Origin: Candidatus Nanopelagicales bacterium
GTDB taxonomy: Bacteria > Actinomycetota > Actinomycetes > S36-B12
Length of the DNA: 64,000 bases
Assembly (NCBI GenBank): GCA_030827125.1
Contig: JAURFD010000003.1
Span: 193,607-257,606 of the forward strand
Direction: 5' to 3'
Of the stretch, positions 29,728 to 39,551 are shown in pieces (the stretch's first letter is position 1; the number at the start of each line of letters is the position of its first letter). The notes beneath the pieces were generated by a model, which saw nothing but the letters and a program-made list of their open reading frames with translations, made no database searches and was not told the origin of the DNA. The position numbers and the translations under genes are program-made.

Positions 29728-29864
29728 TGATCCTCCCCAGAGGCCACGATCGGTGATGGACCTCGATTGTTGTTGGAATCGTATGGACTTACCTTGGTCG
29801 TTGTCCCGGTCTCCCGGTAACGGATGCGTATCGACGACGATCCTGAGCTCCCACGATGCGGGAA

Positions 29865-31823
29865 TCAGTGCACTCCCTGCCGGCTCTTCTGCGGCCTCCC
29901 CTGGGCGATGCGGTCCAAAATCACGCCGAGCAGCACGATTGCGATGCCCGCGGCAAGGCCCTTGCCCGCCAGTTCGGGCTTGGACTGGCCGACGATCACG
30001 AGGTAGCCGAGGCCACCCGCGCCAACGAATCCTCCGATCACGACAACGGCGAGAACGAAGATGAGGCCCTGGTTGACGCCGAGCAGGATGGACCGCCTCG
30101 AAATCGGAAGTTGCACCTTGGTGATGACCTGCAGGTTCGTCGAGCCCGAAGCAACCGCCGCCTCGACCGTCTCTCTGGGCACTTTGCGAACCCCATCCGC
30201 GACGACACGGATGACGAACGGGGAGGCGTAGACGACACCGAGGACGATGGCGGCGAACCGTGTCGGGCCAAAGAGTGCGAGGACAGGGACGAGATACACG
30301 AAGGCGGGCATTGTCTGCCCCGCGTCCAGGAACGGCTTGAGGAACAGTTCCACGCGCCTACTGCGTCCGGCCCAGACCCCTAGGACGATGCCGATGAGGA
30401 CCACGAATCCGGTAGCAATGAGGATCATCGTGAGGGTCAGCATGGTGTCGTTCCATAGGCCCGTGCCCATGACGAGCGCGAGCAGAATGAACACCAGGAT
30501 GCCTACCGTGCGTCCGGCCAGGATGAAGGCCAGGGCAGTAATGGCGATGAGAGTCAGCCACCAGGGTGAATTGGCGAGGACGTTTTGGAGCGGGTTAAGG
30601 ACGAACAACGTGAACTGTTCACTTCCCGTGACCGTCAGGAATCCGAAGGTGTCCGTAATCCACTCCGAAAGCGCATTGGCCGCATTCGCTATTGGCTCGC
30701 GGAAGTCGAGGCTTTCGGGGAAGACCGCGAACCACAACACAAACCGAGACAGGTAGATAGCGATGACGGTAAACACGGCGAAAATCGCCAGCCCGATGCG
30801 ACGACGAACTTTGACCGCTTCGGCCGCGGCGTAGCCGGACTTGTCTCGGTTGACGGCTGCCGCGGTGGATCGGTCCAGCATGATCGCGAGGAAGACGACC
30901 GCCAGACCGGCCACAACACCGTCGCCCACGTTGCGGATCGTCAGCGCCTCGATCACCGGCTTGCCAAGTCCGGGAGCGCCAATCAAGGCCGCGATCACCA
31001 CGAAGGAAAGAGCGGCCAGTGTGGTCTGGTTGATCGCGAGGATGATGGTGCTCTTGGCCATGGGCAATTGCACCTTGGTGAGCACTTGCCAGCGGGTGGA
31101 GCCGGCCGACTGCGCCGCCTCAATTGGTCCGTCACGCAAAGACTTGATGGCGTGAGCCGTGATACGGATGCAGATGGGGATCGAGTAGATCATCGTGGCG
31201 ATCGTCGCCGAGGCGATACCAATGAGGAAAACCAGCGCGAGCGGCGCAAGATAGACCAGGGTCGGCAGCACCTGCGCCAGGTCAAGCCAGGGCCGCAGGA
31301 CGGACATGACCCGATCGCTTAATCCGGCCCACACCCCAAGAGGCAAGGCGACCGCCAGGGAGAGAACAACGGCACCGATCGTCATGGCCAGCGTCTCCAT
31401 GGTGAGGAGCCACATGCCCAGCATCCCGCACAGCAGGAGCATGAACATGCTGAACAGCGCCATCCGCAGCGTCGAGGTCGCGTAGACGATAAGACCGATC
31501 ACCGCCATCGCACCGAACCAGCCGAGCATGGGGATCACATCGCCCTTGGCGGGGACGGCGATGACACCCATGAAGATCTCGATGAATCCCGAGATGAAGG
31601 CTCGGATCGGATTCAAGAAGTAGAGAAAGATCGGGCTGTCGGCGCGATTGCCGCGAATAGTTGAGGCGACCTCACGCAGGAAAGCCGTGAAGGGCGAGTC
31701 GGACGCCGTCGAAAGTTCCTGAGTCTGCACGCCCTTGAGCACGGTAGCAGTGGCAAACCACACCACGAGGACGATGACGGCCTGGACCCACCGTCGATGC
31801 AAGGCCTCGGCAATTTTCACCAT
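29865..31823 (-). CDS. opuAB: Betaine ABC transporter permease, tandem-fused double permease
   Basis: 652 aa with two ProW-like halves. Each half carries an EAA loop: IEAAQSAGSTRWQVLTKVQLPMA and VEAAVASGSTNLQVITKVQLPIS. Confidence 0.85.
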   Translation of the reverse strand: MVKIAEALHRRWVQAVIVLVVWFATATVLKGVQTQELSTASDSPFTAFLREVASTIRGNRADSPIFLYFLNPIRAFISGFIEIFMGVIAVPAKGDVIPMLGWFGAMAVIGLIVYATSTLRMALFSMFMLLLCGMLGMWLLTMETLAMTIGAVVLSLAVALPLGVWAGLSDRVMSVLRPWLDLAQVLPTLVYLAPLALVFLIGIASATIATMIYSIPICIRITAHAIKSLRDGPIEAAQSAGSTRWQVLTKVQLPMAKSTIILAINQTTLAALSFVVIAALIGAPGLGKPVIEALTIRNVGDGVVAGLAVVFLAIMLDRSTAAAVNRDKSGYAAAEAVKVRRRIGLAIFAVFTVIAIYLSRFVLWFAVFPESLDFREPIANAANALSEWITDTFGFLTVTGSEQFTLFVLNPLQNVLANSPWWLTLIAITALAFILAGRTVGILVFILLALVMGTGLWNDTMLTLTMILIATGFVVLIGIVLGVWAGRSRRVELFLKPFLDAGQTMPAFVYLVPVLALFGPTRFAAIVLGVVYASPFVIRVVADGVRKVPRETVEAAVASGSTNLQVITKVQLPISRRSILLGVNQGLIFVLAVVVIGGFVGAGGLGYLVIVGQSKPELAGKGLAAGIAIVLLGVILDRIAQGRPQKSRQGVH

Positions 31824-31838
31824 CGGTCGCCCCTCAGA

Positions 31839-32912
31839 TCAATCGCCAAGTTCCGGCGAGCGCTCGCCCGCGATCAGAGCAAGGACGTCATCGCTCGACA
31901 CATAGCCCACCATCGTGCCCTTCTTCACGACGCGGATCGGCGGGACCGACGAAATGATGACCGGAGTCGCCTCCTTGATGATCATTGCCGCCTCAAGGGT
32001 CGGCCCGTCATCGGCTTCTCCCTCTCGCAGGGGTCGCGCAATCACCTCCAACGTAAGGACGTGACTCTTGGGAATATCGCGCAGGAAGTCGGCAACGTAG
32101 TCATCGACCGGGTTGAGCACGAGATCCATGGCCGTGCCCATCTGGACAATCGCGCCATCGCGCATGATCGCAATGCGATCACCGAGTTTCATCGCCTCAG
32201 CGAGATCGTGAGTGATGAACACCATGGTCTTTCCGAGTTCTTGGTGCAGGCGTTTTACCTCTGCCTGCATGTCGCGTCGAATCAGGGGGTCCAGTGCGCT
32301 GAACGGCTCATCAAGGAACATCACATCGGGATCCACCGCGAGAGCTCGAGCAAGGCCAACACGCTGCTGCATGCCGCCGGACAGCTGCTCAGGGTAGGAG
32401 GATCCGTACCCGGCCAGTCCAACGAGTTGGATGACCTCCTCGGCGCGGGCATAGCGGACATCCTTCTTGACGCCCTGGATCTCCAGTGGGTACGCGATGT
32501 TGTCGATGACCTTGCGGTGCGGCAGCAGCCCGAAGTGCTGGAAGACCATGGAGAACTCGGTGCGGCGCAAGTGCCGCAACTGCTTCTCATTGGCAGCGAG
32601 GATGTCGTCACCCTCGATGAGCACCTCACCTGAGGTGGATTCGATGAGCCGAGTCAGGCAGCGTACAAGGGTCGACTTGCCCGAGCCCGACAGACCCATC
32701 ACGACGAAGACCTCACCATTGTCGACATCGAAGGTGACGTCCCGGACGGCGGCGGTACAGCCAGTTTCGGCGAGGAGCTCGTCCCGGCTGAGATTTGCCA
32801 GCGGTGTGCCCACCACCTTGTCCGCCTGCGGCCCGAAGACCTTCCACAGATTGCGGACGGAAATGGCGGGGCCCGCCCCGGTCGTGGACTCACTCACCAG
32901 GTCCTCCTTCAA
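31839..32912 (-). CDS. opuAA: Betaine/proline ABC transporter ATP-binding protein
   Basis: Walker [10 protein letters not shown], signature LSGGMQQR, Walker [12 protein letters not shown], and a C-terminal regulatory extension. Confidence 0.9.
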   Translation of the reverse strand: MKEDLVSESTTGAGPAISVRNLWKVFGPQADKVVGTPLANLSRDELLAETGCTAAVRDVTFDVDNGEVFVVMGLSGSGKSTLVRCLTRLIESTSGEVLIEGDDILAANEKQLRHLRRTEFSMVFQHFGLLPHRKVIDNIAYPLEIQGVKKDVRYARAEEVIQLVGLAGYGSSYPEQLSGGMQQRVGLARALAVDPDVMFLDEPFSALDPLIRRDMQAEVKRLHQELGKTMVFITHDLAEAMKLGDRIAIMRDGAIVQMGTAMDLVLNPVDDYVADFLRDIPKSHVLTLEVIARPLREGEADDGPTLEAAMIIKEATPVIISSVPPIRVVKKGTMVGYVSSDDVLALIAGERSPELGD

Positions 32913-34398
32913 ACCAGCCGCTGGGAGCAGCGTTCAGGCGTCGATAGACGTGCTTGGCTTCGAGGTACTCGTGGAAGCCTGTGGGTCCGAGTTCGCGGCC
33001 GACCCCGGACTGCTTGAAGCCACCCCATTCAGCCTGCGGGAGATAGGGGTGGAAGTCGTTGATCCAGATGGTTCCGTGGCGCAGCGAAGCGGCCACTCGC
33101 TCGGCCTTGCCCGCGTCATTCGTCCACACCGCGCCGGCAAGTCCATACATGGTGTCGTTGCCCAGAGCGATCGCCTCATCCTCGGTCCTGAACGTCTCCA
33201 CGGTGAGCACCGGCCCGAATGACTCGTCTTGGACGCAGGTCATCTCGGTGCGGCATCCGTCAAGCACGGTGGGACGGTAGTAGTGCCCGTCGGCGAGCGC
33301 GGGGAATTCGATCGAATTGGGACGTTCACCACCGCACCGAAGAACCGCGCCCTCGGCGAGTGCGGACGCCACGTAGGCCTCGATCTTCGCCAGATGCTGC
33401 GCTGAGATGAGCGGACCGGTCTCCGCGGCCTCATCGAACGGGCCGCCCAGTCGGATGCGCTGTGCTCGCCGCACGACCTCATCGACGACGACGTCGTGCA
33501 CCGACTCCTCCACGAGGAGTCGAGCTCCCGCCGAACACACCTGACCGCTATGGAGGAACACGGCCGTGAGCGCGTTGTCGATGGCCGCATCAAGATCGGC
33601 GTCGGCGAAGACGATGTTGGGATTCTTGCCACCGAGTTCGAGTGCGACCTTCTTCACCGTAGCGGCCGCATCGGCCATGATGCGGCGGCCTGTGAGGAGC
33701 CCTCCCGTGAACGACACCATGTCGACATCCGGGTGAGTCGCGAGCGGGGCACCTGCCGTGACGCCCGCCCCGAGGACGAGGTTGCCGACCCCCGGAGGAA
33801 GCCCGGCCTCGGCCAGCAGTGTGACCAGATGGATGGTCGTGCTCGGGGTGAGTTCGCTGGGCTTGAGCACGAAGGTCGTGCCCGCAGCAAGAGCCGGCGC
33901 CACCTTCCAGGCTGCCTGGAGCAGTGGGTAGTTCCAGGGCGTAATCAGGCCACAGACACCGACCGGCGAGTACTCAATCCGCGATCGCACTCCGGGGTCC
34001 GCCACATCCACGACGCGGCCGCCCACGGCATCGCCGCAGGCCAAGCCGGCGAAGTAGCGGAAACAACTCGCGACGTCGGCCACGTCGTAGCGAGACTCGA
34101 CGATGCGCTTGCCCGTGTCGAGCGACTCAAGCCGTGCGATCTCTTCGGTGTCACGCTCCAGCAGATCTGCCACCCGCGCTAGGAGCTGACCACGCTCGGA
34201 GAGCGGGACGGACGACCAGCGGCCGTCGTCAAAGGCCCGGCGGGCTGCCTCGATGGCACGCACCGTGTCGACGCTGGTGGCCTCGTCGACCACGCGGACA
34301 AGGTCGCCGTTGGCCGGGCAACGAATCTCGCGGGTGCCGCCCTCTGCAGCGGTCACCCACTCGCCATCAATGAACAGGTCAGGCATGCGTGTCAGCAT
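32890..34398 (-). CDS. betB: Betaine-aldehyde dehydrogenase (ALDH family)
   Basis: Catalytic Glu LELGGKNP and catalytic Cys GQVCSAG. Overlaps betA at its start and opuAA at its end. Confidence 0.85.
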   Translation of the reverse strand: MLTRMPDLFIDGEWVTAAEGGTREIRCPANGDLVRVVDEATSVDTVRAIEAARRAFDDGRWSSVPLSERGQLLARVADLLERDTEEIARLESLDTGKRIVESRYDVADVASCFRYFAGLACGDAVGGRVVDVADPGVRSRIEYSPVGVCGLITPWNYPLLQAAWKVAPALAAGTTFVLKPSELTPSTTIHLVTLLAEAGLPPGVGNLVLGAGVTAGAPLATHPDVDMVSFTGGLLTGRRIMADAAATVKKVALELGGKNPNIVFADADLDAAIDNALTAVFLHSGQVCSAGARLLVEESVHDVVVDEVVRRAQRIRLGGPFDEAAETGPLISAQHLAKIEAYVASALAEGAVLRCGGERPNSIEFPALADGHYYRPTVLDGCRTEMTCVQDESFGPVLTVETFRTEDEAIALGNDTMYGLAGAVWTNDAGKAERVAASLRHGTIWINDFHPYLPQAEWGGFKQSGVGRELGPTGFHEYLEAKHVYRRLNAAPSGWFEGGPGE

Positions 34399-36058
34399 TC
34401 TCGCGACGGCGCCGATAGAACGGCACGTGTTCGGCGGGTAGCGGCGTGTTGCCCTTGATGATGTCGGCCGCCTTCTCCGCCATCATCATCACCGGCGCAT
34501 AGATATTGCCGTTGGTCACATAGGGCATGACGGAGGCGTCGACGACACGCAGACCCGCCGTGCCATGCACCCGCATCGTGAGGGGATCCACGACGGCCAT
34601 GTCATCGATGCCCATCTTGGCCGTGCAGGAAGGGTGATATGCCGTCTCGCCGTCGCGGCGGACCCACTCGAGGATCTCCTCGTCAGAACTCACCTCGTGC
34701 CCTGGTGAGATCTCTCCACCGCTGTACGGTGCGAAGGCGGGCTGCTCAAGAATCTCCCGCGTCTTGCGAATCGCCTCGACCCACTCGCGCCGATCCTGCT
34801 CGGTCGAGAGGTAGTTGAACGTGAAGGCGGGCTCGGCGAAGGGGTCCGGGCTGGTGATCCGCAACGAGCCGCGGGCGTCGGAATACATCGGCCCGACATG
34901 CACCTGGTAGCCGTGTCCCTCCGCGATGGAGGTGCCGTCGTACCGCACCGCGATCGGCAGGAAGTGGTACATGAGGTTGGGGTACTCCACGTCCTCGTTG
35001 CTCCGGATGAAGCCGCCCGCCTCGAAGTGGTTGGACGCGCCCGGACCGGATCGCAGGAACAGCCACTGCGCGCCGATAAAGGGTCGCCGCCAGAACTGCA
35101 GGTTGGGATTCAGCGACACCGGCTGGGTGCAGGCGTGCTGAACATAAACCTCGAGGTGGTCTTGGAGGTTCTCCCCCACTCCCGGCAGGTCGTGGATCGG
35201 ATCGACGCCGACAGCGCGGAGATCATCGGCCGGTCCGATGCCGGACAGTTGCAGGAGCATGGGCGAGTTGAAGGCACCACCGCACAGGATCACCTCGGAA
35301 CCACGTACGGCGATCGGGCGCTTGCCGCCGAGGGCAACTTCGACGCCGCGGGCGGTCGGAGTGCCGCTCGAGGTGTCCATGATGATGCGCGTGACATGCG
35401 CCCGCGTCTTGACGGTGAGGTTGGGCCGCGACATGGCCGGCCTGAGGTATGCCTTGGCGGCTGAGTAGCGACGACCGTTGTGCAAGGTGCCGTCGAAGGC
35501 CGCAAAGCCTTCCTGCTTGTAGCCATTGACGTCGGCCGTGAGTTCATGACCGGCTTCCTGCACGGCTTCAAAGAACGCGGAGAAGAGGGGATTCTCCACC
35601 TTGCCGCGCTCGAGGATCAGCGGACCGTCCTTGCCGCGCCACTCGTCAGCCCCGGCGCGACAGTCCTCCATCTTCTTGAAGTAGGGCAGGCAGTTCGCGT
35701 AGCTCCACGAATCCATGCCCGGGTCAGCGGCCCAGCGTTCGTAGTCCAGCGGATTGCCCCGCTGGAAGATCATCCCGTTGATGCTGCTCGAACCCCCGAG
35801 AACCTTGCCACGGCCGTGATAGACGCGGCGACCGTTCATGAACGGCTCGGGCTGGGACGAGTACATCCAGTCGTAGTACTTGTTGCCGATGGGGAACGTC
35901 AGCGCCGCCGGCATATGGATGTAGACATCAAAGGGATAGTCCGGTCGTCCCGCCTCCAGGACCAAAACCGTGGTGCCCGGGTCCTCTGTGAGCCTCGCGG
36001 CGAGCGCCGAGCCGGCTGAGCCGCCCCCGACAATGATGTAGTCGTATCCCTTCGGCAT
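34379..36058 (-). CDS. betA: Choline dehydrogenase (GMC flavoprotein)
   Basis: [22 protein letters not shown] fold, [18 protein letters not shown], and C-terminal GMC signature with the active-site His region. Confidence 0.88.
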   Translation of the reverse strand: MPKGYDYIIVGGGSAGSALAARLTEDPGTTVLVLEAGRPDYPFDVYIHMPAALTFPIGNKYYDWMYSSQPEPFMNGRRVYHGRGKVLGGSSSINGMIFQRGNPLDYERWAADPGMDSWSYANCLPYFKKMEDCRAGADEWRGKDGPLILERGKVENPLFSAFFEAVQEAGHELTADVNGYKQEGFAAFDGTLHNGRRYSAAKAYLRPAMSRPNLTVKTRAHVTRIIMDTSSGTPTARGVEVALGGKRPIAVRGSEVILCGGAFNSPMLLQLSGIGPADDLRAVGVDPIHDLPGVGENLQDHLEVYVQHACTQPVSLNPNLQFWRRPFIGAQWLFLRSGPGASNHFEAGGFIRSNEDVEYPNLMYHFLPIAVRYDGTSIAEGHGYQVHVGPMYSDARGSLRITSPDPFAEPAFTFNYLSTEQDRREWVEAIRKTREILEQPAFAPYSGGEISPGHEVSSDEEILEWVRRDGETAYHPSCTAKMGIDDMAVVDPLTMRVHGTAGLRVVDASVMPYVTNGNIYAPVMMMAEKAADIIKGNTPLPAEHVPFYRRRRENADTHA

Positions 36059-36086
36059 CCCGCAACCCTAGTAAGACCGTGGTCCG

Positions 36087-37526
36087 TCAGTCCCCGAGTT
36101 CCGCACGCCGGCGTACGACGTACTCGTGCAACTCCTCGCGGATCGCCTCATCGAGAGGCGGGGGCTCGTACTCCTCGAGTCGCTTCTCGTAGATCTCGCG
36201 AGCTCGCTCCTCGGTATCGCGTGCCCCGAGTCGAGTCCAGCGCTCAAAGTTGTCGCAGTTCCACAGCCAGGGCCGATAGAAGCAAGTGCGGAACCGCTCC
36301 ATCGTGTGTTCGGCGCCGAGGAAGTGCCCGCCGGAGCCCACCTCCTCATGCGCGCCGAAGGCAAGCTCCTCATCGCTGAAATGCACCGGAGTGAATTCAT
36401 GCTGGAGGGACTCAAGCGCCTGGGTGTCCATGACGTACTTCTCGAAGGAGGAGACGAGTCCACCCTCGAGCCATCCAGCCGCATGCATGACGACATTCGT
36501 GCCAGCGAGGAATGTCGGCAAGAGCGTCATCAGGGTCTCGAATGCCGCCTGCGCGTCGGGCACCTGAGCCGAGTTCATGCCCCCGCCGGTGCGGAACGGC
36601 AGCCCGAAGTGCCGAGCAATCTGGCCGGTGCAGAGCAAGCCGATCGCGGACTCCGGGGTGCCGAACTGCGGAGCCCCTGACTGCATGTCGATATTGGACA
36701 GGAAGGAGCCGAAGACCACCGGCGCACCCGGATTGATCAGTTGCGTCAGAGCGATGCCGGTGAGGGTCTCCGCAATCTGTTGCGCCAGGGTGGCGGGGAT
36801 GGAGACCGGCGACATGGCACCCATGAGGAGGAACGGCGACAAGATGACGGGCTGGCGAGCCCGGGCGTAGGCGAACTGCGCCTCAAGCATGCGGTCGTCC
36901 CAGCGCAGCGGCGAATTGCAGTTGATGAGGGAAATGCAGACCGGGGTCTCCTCGATCGCCTCTCGCCCGCCGAAGAGAATTTCGCTCATGCGAATCGTGT
37001 CTTCTGCGCGTTCCCCGCTGACAACATTTCCCATGTAGAACTTGTCGGTAAGGGTCATGGCGGCATAGAGCATGTCGAGGTGGCGTGAATCCAGCGGCGC
37101 ATCGTTGGGCTCACACACGACGCCGCCCACGCTGTCCATCACGTCGAAGGACTGAGCGAGCTTCGCGAAGTCGCGGAAGTCCTCCATCGTGCCGTCGGCT
37201 CGCCGGTCTCCACGCCGGACGAACGGAGGGCCGTAAACGCTCGAGAACACCATGCTGTCGCCACCGACATGCACACTGCGCTCCGGGTTGCGCGCCTGGA
37301 GGTCGAATTCGCGCGGAGCCTTCGCGACCTGCTCAAGGACGAACTCAGGATCGAAGAAGACCTTGTCGCCGTCAGTGCGCATTCCCGCAGCGGCAAAAAT
37401 TTGCACCGCCTCCGGTGCCATGAACTCGACGCCGAGTTCGGACACAATGCGTCGCCATCCACGATCGAGGACAGCCATGGAGTCCTCGGAGAGGATCTCG
37501 TAGCGGGGCATGGTGTTCCGGAACAT
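36087..37526 (-). CDS. MttB-superfamily (trimethylamine methyltransferase family) substrate:corrinoid methyltransferase, non-pyrrolysine, MtgB-like
   Basis: Uninterrupted 479-aa ORF with no in-frame TAG. Family-typical length and sequence blocks (LINCNSPLRWD, GAMSPVS, GWLEGGL). GAGGAG RBS 7 nt upstream. First gene of the bet/opu operon. Confidence 0.88.
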   Translation of the reverse strand: MFRNTMPRYEILSEDSMAVLDRGWRRIVSELGVEFMAPEAVQIFAAAGMRTDGDKVFFDPEFVLEQVAKAPREFDLQARNPERSVHVGGDSMVFSSVYGPPFVRRGDRRADGTMEDFRDFAKLAQSFDVMDSVGGVVCEPNDAPLDSRHLDMLYAAMTLTDKFYMGNVVSGERAEDTIRMSEILFGGREAIEETPVCISLINCNSPLRWDDRMLEAQFAYARARQPVILSPFLLMGAMSPVSIPATLAQQIAETLTGIALTQLINPGAPVVFGSFLSNIDMQSGAPQFGTPESAIGLLCTGQIARHFGLPFRTGGGMNSAQVPDAQAAFETLMTLLPTFLAGTNVVMHAAGWLEGGLVSSFEKYVMDTQALESLQHEFTPVHFSDEELAFGAHEEVGSGGHFLGAEHTMERFRTCFYRPWLWNCDNFERWTRLGARDTEERAREIYEKRLEEYEPPPLDEAIREELHEYVVRRRAELGD

Positions 37527-37584
37527 GGCAACTCCTCGAAACGGGCCTCTTGACCGACTTGTCGCGCGATCCTACACTCGACTT

Positions 37585-37602
37585 ATGGAATACTGCTTCC
37601 AT
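37585..37602. promoter_or_regulatory. Candidate operator: perfect inverted repeat ATGGAA-N6-TTCCAT
   Basis: Sits centrally in the 130-bp divergent mttB/iclR intergenic region, the most AT-rich stretch I noticed in the window. It overlaps TANNNT-type -10 candidates on both strands. Confidence 0.4.
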
Positions 37603-37656
37603 ATTGTGAAACATTTTTTGGCCGGAATCTCGGACGACTGAATCGGGAGTCATCAG

Positions 37657-38442
37657 GTGGCAAGCCCCACGGGTACGCAGGCGGTCGATCGGGCCGGTTC
37701 GCTGCTCGTCTACGTGCTCGCGGCCAGCGAGCCCGTGCCGTTCGGCGAACTCGTCATCGCCACCGAGTTGCCCAAGAGCACCCTGTCTCGGCTGCTGTCG
37801 AGTCTGGAGCGCAACGGGCTCGTACAACGGACGACCACCGGTGCCGTTCAGCCCGGTCCACGTATCACCGACTACGCGCTCTCCGTGCGACCCGAGGACG
37901 ATCTCATCCGAATCGCGCAGCCCTACCTCGACGAGCTTGGCGCGCTGACCGGTGAGACCGTCAACCTCGCCGTCGCGGTCGGCAGCGAGGTGCGTCAGAT
38001 CGCCCAGGTTGACTCGACGTACCTACTCGGTGCCGTGAACTGGATGGATCGGCCCGTCCCCTTCCACTGCAGCGCGCTCGGACGGGCTCTCATTGCCTTC
38101 GGCGGCACCCTGCCGCGCGGTCGGCTCAAGGCCTTCACCGATACCACCATCACATCGCGGCGGATGCTGGATACCGAACTTGAGCGAGTACGCCGGACAC
38201 GGATCTCGATCGTCGACTCCGAGCTCGAGCCAGGCCTGGTGGCGGTCGCCGCACCGATTCTCAACGGAGAGCGCATCGCGATCGCTGCGGTCAGCGTCTC
38301 CGGTCCCAGCGTGCGCATGACGCCGGAGCAGATAGCCTCCGTCGCTGACGCGGTCACGCTCACTGCCCAGGGCATCAGCGATGCCGTTCGCCTGAACACT
38401 CGCCCCTCGTCACCCCTTCCCGGAAAGGCTGGAGCCGCATGA
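37657..38442 (+). CDS. IclR-family transcriptional regulator
   Basis: 261 aa. N-terminal wHTH (AVDRAGSLLVYV...FGELVIATELPKSTLSRLLSSLERNGLV) plus a C-terminal effector domain. Its stop overlaps the next ATG (ATGA). Confidence 0.85.
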   Translation: MASPTGTQAVDRAGSLLVYVLAASEPVPFGELVIATELPKSTLSRLLSSLERNGLVQRTTTGAVQPGPRITDYALSVRPEDDLIRIAQPYLDELGALTGETVNLAVAVGSEVRQIAQVDSTYLLGAVNWMDRPVPFHCSALGRALIAFGGTLPRGRLKAFTDTTITSRRMLDTELERVRRTRISIVDSELEPGLVAVAAPILNGERIAIAAVSVSGPSVRMTPEQIASVADAVTLTAQGISDAVRLNTRPSSPLPGKAGAA

Positions 38443-39095
38443 CCAACGACGAGATCCTCAAGGGCCTCTACGACGAGACCATGGTCGGCAACAAGCCGGC
38501 CGTGGTCGAGTTGACCCAGCAAGGTCTTGACTCAGGCCTCACTCCCGAGCAGCTGCTCTTCGAGGCTCTCATCCCATCACTGGAAGAGGTGGGGGCTCGC
38601 TTCGAGCGCGGGGACTGGTTCGTGCCGGAGATGCTCATCGCCGGCAAGGCGATGTCGGCCGCGCTGGATCTGCTCCGGCCGCTGCTGGCGCAGACCGGTG
38701 TGGAGAGCGTCGGCACCTTCCTCATGGGCACCGTGAAGGGTGATGTGCACGACATCGGCAAGAACCTCGTCAACATCATGCTCGAGGGCGCGGGCTTCAC
38801 GGTCATCGACCTCGGAGTCCAGGTGCCGCCGGAGAAGTTCGTCGCGGCGATCGAGGAGCACAAGCCCGACATTGTCGGGATGTCCGCGTTCCTCACCACG
38901 ACGATGCCGATGTTCAAGGCGAACATCAACGCGATCGAGAAAGCCGGACTACGTGACTCCGTTGTCATCATGGTCGGTGGGGCGCCCGTCACCCAGGAGT
39001 ACGCCGACGTCTGCGGCGCCGATGGCTACGCCGCAGATGCCGCGACCGCCGTCCGAAAGGCCAAGGAGTTCGTCGTCGCGAAGCGAGCTGGCTAG
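38439..39095 (+). CDS. Cobalamin-binding corrinoid protein (B12-binding cap plus Rossmann domain)
   Basis: 218 aa. DxHxxG = DVHDIGKN, SxL = SAFL, GG = VGGAPV. Confidence 0.9.
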   Translation: MTNDEILKGLYDETMVGNKPAVVELTQQGLDSGLTPEQLLFEALIPSLEEVGARFERGDWFVPEMLIAGKAMSAALDLLRPLLAQTGVESVGTFLMGTVKGDVHDIGKNLVNIMLEGAGFTVIDLGVQVPPEKFVAAIEEHKPDIVGMSAFLTTTMPMFKANINAIEKAGLRDSVVIMVGGAPVTQEYADVCGADGYAADAATAVRKAKEFVVAKRAG

Positions 39096-39098
39096 CTC

Positions 39099-39551
39099 AT
39101 GAAGCGCCTCATCCCCCTCTTCGAGCACGCGGTCAAAAAGCCCGTGTGGGACTGCCGCATGTGTGGCCAGTGCGTTCTGCACTCGACGGGGATGACGTGC
39201 CCAATGACGTGCCCCAAGACCTTGCGCAACGGGCCCTGCGGCGGAGTACGCGAGGACGGTGGCTGTGAGGTCAAGCCGGAGATGACGTGCGTATGGCTCA
39301 AGGCCGAGCGCCGCAGCCACTCCCCGATCAATCCCGGCCGCTGGGAGGCGGAACTCAATCACCTGCGCCCTCCGGTCAACAATCAGCTCAAGGACACCTC
39401 CTCCTGGATCAACCTCCTCTCCGGGGCCGACCGTCGCGCACCCGCGGGTTGGACCGGGGAGATTGTCGAAGACTCCGCGGACCTCCTCGTAGGAGCAGCG
39501 CTCGTCGAGATCGACGATCCATCGTCCCTCCCGGAAGGCTTCCATTCATGA
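39099..39551 (+). CDS. MTHFR C-terminal-domain protein (MetV-like Cys-rich small subunit)
   Basis: 150 aa with 8 Cys in the first ~75 residues (CRMCGQCV...CPMTCPKTLRNGPCGG...CEVKPEMTC). Its stop overlaps the metF ATG (ATGA). Confidence 0.7.
   Translation: MKRLIPLFEHAVKKPVWDCRMCGQCVLHSTGMTCPMTCPKTLRNGPCGGVREDGGCEVKPEMTCVWLKAERRSHSPINPGRWEAELNHLRPPVNNQLKDTSSWINLLSGADRRAPAGWTGEIVEDSADLLVGAALVEIDDPSSLPEGFHS

Noticed and set aside
29728-29864. B12-box-like string (minus strand CCGGGAGACCGGG) in the permease/binding-protein spacer, suggesting a cobalamin riboswitch.
   Set aside because: Only the GGAGACC core matches. The flanking B12-box positions and the other conserved cobalamin-riboswitch blocks (for example GCCACUG) are absent. 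The location inside an operon is also atypical.
36087-37526. Pyrrolysine (in-frame TAG) recoding in the MttB homologue, and selenocysteine (TGA) recoding in fdsA (54285-57092).
   Set aside because: Both ORFs are uninterrupted. FdsA has Cys at the Mo-ligand position. No pyl or sel genes are present in the window.
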